64,000 nt of DNA, taken from Rebecca billardiae RCC1528 (taxonomy: Eukaryota; Protista; Haptophyta). Below, piece after piece: positions 56,111-64,000 of this stretch. The notes below the pieces were generated by a model. That model searched no databases, was not told the origin of the DNA, and saw only the letters and a program-made list of their open reading frames with translations. The stretch covers positions 496,001-560,000 of the forward strand of contig OZ251230.1 in the NCBI GenBank assembly GCA_965240325.2, written 5' to 3'. Numbering within the stretch: position 1 is the first letter of the stretch; each line of letters starts with the position of its first letter. The translations under genes and the position numbers were made by a program.

Positions 56111-57991
56111 ATGTTCTCGAGCGGGCTGAATGCCGAGCTCACGCCTCCGCGCTCGCATCGCGACACCGGCGAGGAGGTCTCGCCGCGGTCCGCGCACCGG
56201 CGCGCCGGCTCGGACGGCCCGCTCGGCCCGCCGCCCGCTGGCTTGCTCGCCGGCGGGCGGCGGCTCTCGGGCGGGCGGACCGGCGGCAGCAAGCCCGGCG
56301 CTAACATGCTCCACTCGGACGCCGAGCCCGTCGCTGCCGGCAGCACCGCCGACGTGCACGGCGCGCCGTCGTGGTGCAGCCGCGCGCAGCTCGGCTCCGT
56401 GTTCCGCAGCGTGTGCAACGGCGGCGGCGGCCGCGCGAGCGGCGGCGGCGGGGGCGGCGTCGCGAGCTCGGTGATGGCGCCGCTCCTCGGTGGCTCGAGC
56501 GCCCCGCCCGCCGCGCGCCATGGCGCTCCCGTCAGCATACCCGGCGCGACGACCGGCGTGCAGGCCGGCTGCGGCCACGAGGGCGGCGGCGGTGGCGGTG
56601 GCGGCGCAGGCAGTTTCGCGCTGTTCGGTGGCGCGGCCGGACGCGCCGGGCACGTGGCGAGCGGCGCGGGGGTGGGGGGCGCGAGCGGCCTGATCGCGCC
56701 GCCGCGCATGCGCAGCGCGCTCAGCCGCTCCAGCGCCATGCGCTCGAGCGGCGAGCGGCTGGGCGGCCGGCTCTCGCCTCTGCTCGAGCGGCCGCTCACG
56801 CCGCCGCCCGACCGGCCGTGGATGATCCCGCTGCGCGCGATCGGGCACGCGGCGGCGGAGGCGTACGGCGTGGTGAGCGACTGCACGCTCAACCTGTGCC
56901 GCTGCTCGTGCTACTGCTTCGGCGCGTGCGCCCTCCTCGCCGCGCTCCTCCTCTTCGCGCTCTTCATCTTTGACCGCCAGCCGTCGCCGTGTCGCTCGCG
57001 CGGCCGCGCCGAGGCGTCCGTGCGCGCCGAGCGCGGCGTGGGCGCGGCGTACAACCAGAGCGAGGGCTCGATCAACGCGCGGCTCGCCGCGGCGAGCTAC
57101 TGCGGTCGCTCCGTCGTCGAGGGCTGGCGCTGCGGCGCGTGCGCCCCCGAGAGCGGCCTGACCAACGTGAGCTACTTCCACTCGGAGCTCACGCAGGCGG
57201 CCGGGTACGTCGGGCTGCGGCGGGACGCCAGGGGGCCGCAGGCGGTGGTGGTGTTCCGCGGCACGGCGGCGTACCGGAATTGGCTGGCCGACGCGGTGTG
57301 GGGCCACCGGCTGCAGCACGAGTGGGGCGAGGGCGCGGTGCACTTCGGCTTCCTCAAGGTCTACCAGTCGGTGCAGGCGCGCGTGCGCCAGCTGCTGCTG
57401 CAGATGCGCGCAGACGCGCTCGCGCGCGGCCCTGCGGTGCTGCAGCTCAGGGTGCGGCTCGTGGGGCACTCGCTGGGCGGCGCGCTCGCGACGATCGCCG
57501 CGGCGGACATGATCAAGGCCACGCGCTTCCGCGTCGACGAGCTCTGGACCTTCGGCTCGCCGCGCGTCGGCGACGAGCGCTTCGTGCGCTGGCTGTGGGA
57601 GGAGACGCTGGCGGCCGCTGACGTGCGCGCGTGGCGCGTGACGCACTCGCACGACCCGGTCGTGCACCTGCCGCTGCGCTCGATGGGGTTCGTGCACGTG
57701 CCGACGGAGGTGTGGTACCCGGACAAGCGCGTGCCCGCGCGGTGCAAACAGCCGTACGAGGTGTGCGACGACGGCCCGGCGCGCGAGGACCCCGCGTGCG
57801 CCGCGCGCGTCTGGTTTGGCACCTGCCTGCACCGCTCCAACGACCACCTGCTGTACGCGACCGAGTCGTTCGACCACACGCTCACGTGCGCCGAGCCGAC
57901 GCTGGAGAAGCCGTCGCCCCCGCCGTTCGCGTCGCGCGCGTACGCGCCGCCGCCGCCGGTGCCGCCGATGACGGGTCGTCGCCGCGGCTGA
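56111..57991 (+). CDS. Class 3 lipase with TM anchor
   Basis: VVFRGT, VHFGF, GHSLGGALA, TFGSPRVGD, HSHDPVVHLP, DHLLY. Confidence 0.93.
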   Translation: MFSSGLNAELTPPRSHRDTGEEVSPRSAHRRAGSDGPLGPPPAGLLAGGRRLSGGRTGGSKPGANMLHSDAEPVAAGSTADVHGAPSWCSRAQLGSVFRSVCNGGGGRASGGGGGGVASSVMAPLLGGSSAPPAARHGAPVSIPGATTGVQAGCGHEGGGGGGGGAGSFALFGGAAGRAGHVASGAGVGGASGLIAPPRMRSALSRSSAMRSSGERLGGRLSPLLERPLTPPPDRPWMIPLRAIGHAAAEAYGVVSDCTLNLCRCSCYCFGACALLAALLLFALFIFDRQPSPCRSRGRAEASVRAERGVGAAYNQSEGSINARLAAASYCGRSVVEGWRCGACAPESGLTNVSYFHSELTQAAGYVGLRRDARGPQAVVVFRGTAAYRNWLADAVWGHRLQHEWGEGAVHFGFLKVYQSVQARVRQLLLQMRADALARGPAVLQLRVRLVGHSLGGALATIAAADMIKATRFRVDELWTFGSPRVGDERFVRWLWEETLAAADVRAWRVTHSHDPVVHLPLRSMGFVHVPTEVWYPDKRVPARCKQPYEVCDDGPAREDPACAARVWFGTCLHRSNDHLLYATESFDHTLTCAEPTLEKPSPPPFASRAYAPPPPVPPMTGRRRG

Positions 57992-58610
57992 GCTGTGAAG
58001 GGCAGCGCCGCCGCGGCCGCACCGGGGCGCCGCCGGCGCCCGCCACGTGGCACGTCTCACGGCCCCGCCCATCTATGATCTAACGGGCTGCTACGAGCCT
58101 GGGGCAGCAGGGTCGCGGGTGGTGCACTGTCAGACCTGGTCGGATGGCGCGGACGCGTCAAATACGTGTCTGTCGCACTCGGCCCGAGTGACGTCAGCTC
58201 CGCGCGCATGATCCGGGCCGCGCATCAGGGCCCGCGGCCCACGCGGCTCGCCGGGCCGCGTCCGTGGCGCCCGGCCCGCCCCGCCGCGCGGGCCGCACTT
58301 GTGACAGCTAGTGCGCCTGACGACATCACTGCGAATAAATTTTATATTTATAATAATAATAATATACTTATTACACGTCGTCAAAGGAATCGCGTCTCTT
58401 ATTCTGCTTAGTTAAATCTCGCCTGCCTATAAGCTGTGTGCGTCTCATCATCAAGATTATTCGGAGTAAACTGTAACTATACGATCGGACCGCATCAGAC
58501 TGCCAGACTCCCACCGGGCCGCCCGCGCCATATCGGCGGCATATACATGTACCGCTTGCGGCGCTTGCCCAGTTGGCTTCAGGTGGATGATGCTCGCCGC
58601 CTGGTCACGG

Positions 58611-59436
58611 TCACAGCTGCGGCATCACCTGCGTCGAGGTACTGCCAGATGGTGACCGGTACCCACCACCTTTGAAGACAGCCAGGTACTTCTGCTGGTC
58701 ACGCGGCACCTCGGGCGGAAGCGCTGCGGGCGCCAAAGCGGAGCGGGCCGAGGGGCGCGGGTGGGAGGGTGAGCTGACAATGATAGCATGGCGCCGGACC
58801 GCTTCGGCGATCGCGCGGAAGGAGCGCCGAATCATGCTCGCTGGCCCGCGCGCCGCGCACGTCGCGCGCACCATTCTCCCCGGTGATGCCGGCCAGCTCG
58901 CGATACTGATCGAGCGCAGTGAGCGCGGACTGGCAGGTCTTCCGCGCCTGCTCGGGCGAGTGGCGCTTGATGCACGTGCCCAGCTTGCCCACCTCGGCGG
59001 TGTACGAATCCGCGAGCGCGTAGAGCTCCTTTTGGCGAGGCGACTTCTTCTTGCTCTTCGACGAGCGCGAGCCCTCCACCGCGTTCGCGTAGAGCTTCAG
59101 CGCAGTCGTGGCGTCGTCCGCGTTTGCAAACACCTTTGAGAGCGCATCCCAGTCGTCTGCCTGCAGGGCGACGGGGAAGACGTTGACCAGCGACTCCTCC
59201 GCGCGATTGATCCGCGGGAGGTATCGGTACTTTGCCGTCGGGAAGTAGTACGAGTTCGCCGGGTTGGTCGACGCATCGGAGGCCTCGGGCGCAAGCATGC
59301 CCGCCGTGCATGCGGCCAGGAGCTCGACTGCGCCGCGGCGCCCGATTGCAGGGGAGGAGCGGGCCGCTGGCTGCAGCGAGCGTGGCGTGTGTACCGCCAG
59401 GAGGAGCACAGGAACAACGCTTGCGATGACACTCAT
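58611..59436 (-). CDS. Putative thylakoid-lumen (PsbQ-like helical) protein; intron 58724-58871
   Basis: Signal peptide plus twin-Arg GRRGAVELL..AxA; NSYYFPTAKYRYLPRI followed by a helical bundle. Confidence 0.6.
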
Positions 59437-59812
59437 GTTGTACACGGCCCGGCCCTGATTCGACGACTGCGCCGCGACGTGCGGTTGGCGTCGGTCACGA
59501 TGCGCTCACCGCACCCTGCCGGGATCCCGGCGGAATCTCAAGCGCGCTTGACGGAGTTCACGACGACGAGACGCCGTTGCCCCTTTTTCGTTGATGATGA
59601 TGTTGAATGTTGATTCATCGAACCAAGCGGAAGGGCGGTGTCTACCGTGACTCATGTTAGATAGCGACAGTTTCAAAGTAAAGTAGTCCGTTACGAACAG
59701 TCGACGAACAAACAGGCCCGCGCCCTCCTATCATACTGCAACGCGAAGCGACATCGTGGCTCGCGCGTGCGCGCTGTGGCCGGCTTCTCGTGCGTCGCGC
59801 TCCGCACCCAGA

Positions 59813-60601
59813 ATGCGCGATGGATTGCTCGCGCTGGTGGCCGCTGCCGCGTTCATCTGGTCAGCCTTCGGTGACTCGTGGGCGGTGATGCGTGTCGATC
59901 CACCGTGGCCCACACCCAAGCCCGAGACATCATTCGCCAAACTCGGCCTAGAGGTGCGCGCGCGTCGCGTCGCCCCTCCAACACGCGCCCGTTCGCCCCC
60001 GACCAGCCGCGGACGCGCCCGCGCCCGGCTCGATCACCACGGACAGGGCGCGCACATCAAAACGATGGACATCAAGTTCGACTCGGCGCTGTGCACCAAG
60101 GACTGCACGAAGCTGCGTGATGCCGCCAAGCTCGCGAAAGTGTCCCTCTTCGTGAGCGCGGCGCTGATGGTGATCGCCTTTGTCTGCGCGGGGGTGCAGG
60201 GCGTGAGCTCAGCGCTGCCGGCTGCGCACCAGATGCACGGCTCGATGAAAGCGCCCGAACCCAGGAGACTGCGCGCCTTGATCACCGTCTCCACCGTCGG
60301 GATCGTCGTCGTCGTGCTCGGCGTCGGCTACTTTGCTGTCGTCTGCGCGGTCGGTGCGCACAAGCTCGAGTCGTCGGGGTTCAACCCGGCCATGCCGTTC
60401 GTTCCGCCCGGCGCGTTCGGCGGTCTGCCGAAGAAGCAGCACCACGCGCGGCCGGGCTTCCACGCGCTGGTTTTCCTCGTCGGGCTGGCCGCCGCGATCG
60501 TGGGCACGGTGCGCGCCGTGGCGTTGCAGCGCGAGGCCAGGCAGACGGGAGAGGAGGCCATCGCCTTCATCCCCGCACGCGGCGCGCAGGTGGCAGTCTG
60601 A
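59813..60601 (+). CDS. Four-TM membrane protein; intron 59954-60046
   Basis: Four hydrophobic segments, W and CxxxC in the first loop (claudin-like layout). Confidence 0.6.
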   Translation: MRDGLLALVAAAAFIWSAFGDSWAVMRVDPPWPTPKPETSFAKLGLEVRARRVAPPTRARSPPTSRGRARARLDHHGQGAHIKTMDIKFDSALCTKDCTKLRDAAKLAKVSLFVSAALMVIAFVCAGVQGVSSALPAAHQMHGSMKAPEPRRLRALITVSTVGIVVVVLGVGYFAVVCAVGAHKLESSGFNPAMPFVPPGAFGGLPKKQHHARPGFHALVFLVGLAAAIVGTVRAVALQREARQTGEEAIAFIPARGAQVAV

Positions 60602-61049
60602 CGAGCTCGGGAGCGCACCGTGTGCTGCGTAGGGTGCACATCTCCTTGGCCGTCGTTCCTGGCCCGCCGGCCGCCGCATGGTCCGAATATGACCACTACT
60701 ACCACGCGACGACCGGCGGCGAGTGGCGGCGTGCTGTGTCTGTAGTTACTGTGAGATCGTAACTACCGGGTAGCACCTGGTCTGGCAACTGCGGCTGCAG
60801 CCTGCGGCTCGGGCGCAGCCGACGCCGCGCGCCGCTGCTGGCAATCTATATAATCGCGAGCCCCGCTCGCATTGGTTGTTCTGTAAGAACAAGCATGCGA
60901 GCGGAGCGAGTTTTCCGGTAGGACACGCGAAGTCCGGTGATTCTTACAAAGTTGATGGCCTTCCAATAGGTATCCCGAGGAATACAGTTTAGTCAGATCC
61001 CAATTGGGGCCAACGGTTTTTCGTGCAATCTGTCAGCAGTCGACTCCCC

Positions 61050-61578
<529 letters not shown>

Positions 61579-62083
61579 CAACAGCAAGAGATGTGATGAT
61601 GATGATTCAAAGGTCGGATGACCCCTCCTCGGCTCCTCTACCAATCTCCTCTCTGATTCGGTCTCGTCTCACAAGCGGCATCAAATGAATTCCGGTCAAG
61701 GGCTGCCTTGGTACGGTACAGTTTACTAAGAATAAGAGACAGTATCGCTTACATGTACTGGGCACCAACTGAACCGATGATGAACAGCTGCTGATGATGA
61801 ACACACGGAAGCCGATGAATCATGAAAGGCGAAAGCGACTAATAAGCGAGCCTCCCCAAGGGTGGTTGCTCAGGGTCGCCGACTCCAGCGGAGTCCGGTC
61901 CCCGTATGCTTCCGGTTCCTCCCGGTTGCTTGGAAACCGGTCAACATGAGCAAGGACCAGTGATGAAGGTGCTTTACACTGCTTTCAGCTTCCTCTCGGT
62001 TGCTTCCGGTTCCTCACGGTTCGGCAAGAGAGCAAGGACCCGTGACTAGGTGCTTCAGCTTCGTCCTCCGTTGCTCGCTCCCT

Positions 62084-62590
62084 TCAAGAGATCGGTGCAC
62101 AGTGATCGGTGAGGAGTGAGGACTGTGCTGATGTCATGATGCTGAGGAAGCCGGACAAACACCAAGCAAGCAGTGCCGGACCGCCCCGGCCGGCGGTGCG
62201 GAAGCACTGCGCGCAGGCGGGTCTACGATGCTTCGCCCTCGCCAAGGCGCGCGCTTCTTGCGGCCGCAGATCTCCCAGTGGATGCGGCGCGTGGTCGGTG
62301 CCAAGGCGCATGCGGAATAGTGTGTGCCCCTCGTACCTGAACCTCACCCCGGCTGCTCGCCGGACCCAGCGCCATGACCGTTGCGCGCACCGCGTGCGCG
62401 TGCGGCTCGCAGTCGCGGACGCTTCGTCCGCAAACCGCGGGCGGTCAGAAGGATGCAGCAGCTTCGGGAGGTGCCGCATCGGAGTGCCTGCTGCTTCGAG
62501 CTGCTGCTTCTTGCTTCTCCCACCACCTGCGAGCACTCCCACCACCTGCGCGCTTGCTTCTGCTTGCGGCTCCCACCACCTGCGCGCTTG
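62084..62590 (-). pseudogene. Possible non-LTR retrotransposon C-terminal remnant
   Basis: LFRMRLG...CAQC resembles the segment preceding the C-terminal CCHC finger of LINE ORF2. Confidence 0.3.
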
Positions 62591-62599
62591 TTTCTTGCG

Positions 62600-63055
62600 T
62601 GCAGCAGTACGGCATACCATGCACGCAGCAGTACCATACCATGCGCACAGCAGTGCCATACCATGCGCGCAGCAGTACCGCCAGTACCATACCATCATGC
62701 GTGCAGCAGTACCATACCATGCACGCGGCAGTACCATACCATGCGCGCAGCAGCAGTACATACTCCTGATCATGCGTGCCGCAGCAGAGTACCATACTAC
62801 CATGCGCACAGCAGTACCATACCATGCGCGCAGCAGTACCATACCATCATGCACGCAGCAGTACCATACCATGCGCGCAGCAGTAGGCCATAGCATAGAC
62901 CATGCCGTACCATCATACCATGCACGCATCAGTACTCCACACTAGCTACAGTGCGCGCAGCAGTACCATACCATGCGCGCAGCAGTACCATACCATGCGA
63001 GCAGCACGGTACCGCCAGTACTCTGTCACTACTGGTACCATCATGCGTGCAGCAG
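62600..63055. repeat. ~22-25-bp minisatellite GCAGCAGTACCATACCATGCGC
   Basis: Directly visible, degenerate tandem copies. Confidence 0.95.
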
Positions 63056-63499
63056 TATTGATGAAGTCGTGGTGGCCTGGTATGTGGCGCGCGGCGCTGA
63101 CGGTCACAGAGCTGTAGGCCAGCGGGGCGAGCCCTGCATTCCGGTAGGACCGGGGTGAATGCAGCATTGCCGGGTGCAACCCGGCAATGCCCGCCTGAAT
63201 GGTAAGTCTATACGCGTACTACAGTGAGTACAGTACTACTTCAGCTAGTCCGACGGCGCGCCGCACCGCGCTGCATAGTTAGTGCATGACGAATGATGAC
63301 GATTATTCGACGATATCGGCGGCGGTGGCCCCATCCGAGATTGGCCCATCAAGCATCTGCTATGTCTCTCTCTCGGACGATAGCGCTCATCTCTGCTAGT
63401 GGCACTACTCACTAGTCTCTCCCCGTCTCTCGGCCCGGCGTCTCTCGTCAGCCGTCGTCTCGAAGAGTCGTAGTCAGAGAGTCGTGTGCAGCGCCCCCG

Positions 63500-63790
63500 C
63501 GGGCGCGTGCCCCCGGGTGCCTAGGCACGTGCGCCATGTGCGCGCGGGCGACTATGAGAGGCAGCATATGCCCAGCTCGCGCCGCATGGTGCTGAGCAGC
63601 GCTCGCCCGGCGGCGGGTCGCGAGGGCACGCTGAAGCGCGCCCGCCCGACATGTCCCGCGCCCCATCTTGGCGATATATTCTTGAGCATGAGGTCCACCT
63701 CCGCGTTCCCCTTTCCGAACGCCCCAACGACGATCGGGATGATCTCGGGGAAGGTGCCGCGCCTCGTACAGGCCAACCGACTGCCCAAAT
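63500..63790 (-). pseudogene. Retrotransposon restriction-like endonuclease (RLE) domain remnant
   Basis: IIPIVVGAFGKG..VDLMLKNI...MRRELGI with in-frame stop; resembles the PLVxxxFG segment of RLE-type elements. Confidence 0.45.
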
Positions 63791-64000
63791 ACCATTTGAC
63801 ACGACAGCTTATTTATATTCAGCCTTGCTGCTGCCTGCGCGCCGACGGCGAGAGTCGCGTGTCAATACCAGCGCCGCCGCCGCCACCGACAGCACCGCGA
63901 GCGCGATGACCGCCGCTGCCATGGTCATCGCCGTTGGGAGTGCCTGTATTGACTGCTCGGCTGTCGATGCGGCGGGGCCGCTCACCCAGGACGATGACGG

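Noticed and set aside
61785-61840. Hammerhead ribozyme (CTGATGA...GAAA)
   Set aside because: Stems II and III cannot be formed correctly

Overview
Very GC-rich, gene-dense eukaryotic nuclear DNA. Short GTGCGC...CGCAG introns, one GC-AG intron, a plastid-lumen-type protein and the gene repertoire suggest an alga, probably a haptophyte (inference, not verified). About 20 host genes can be supported, mostly in head-to-head pairs separated by AT-richer spacers containing (TA)n tracts and transposon relics. They encode a Ser/Thr kinase, Kir K+ channel, DUF427 protein, F-box/RCC1, Tubby, a 2OG dioxygenase, a temptin/Cu-monooxygenase/cytochrome b561 fusion, an SCP2-PX-ABC1 kinase, two ankyrin proteins, a zf-UBP USP, two RING proteins, a TM-TIR-like/C-type lectin protein, an HTTM-like protein, an NSUN methyltransferase, a DCAF-like WD40 protein and a lipase. 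The standout is at ~41.6-47.9 kb. An intact, intronless, giant-virus-type archaeo-eukaryotic primase (AEP/PrimPol with Zn finger) is enclosed by ~430-bp inverted repeats, and its start codon lies inside the repeat. One arm is extended by a 12-unit array of iteron-like GTAACA clusters, and an antirepressor/MSV199-like gene lies nearby. This looks like a virus-derived replicon or mobile module. All family assignments come from motif recognition by eye; no searches were run.
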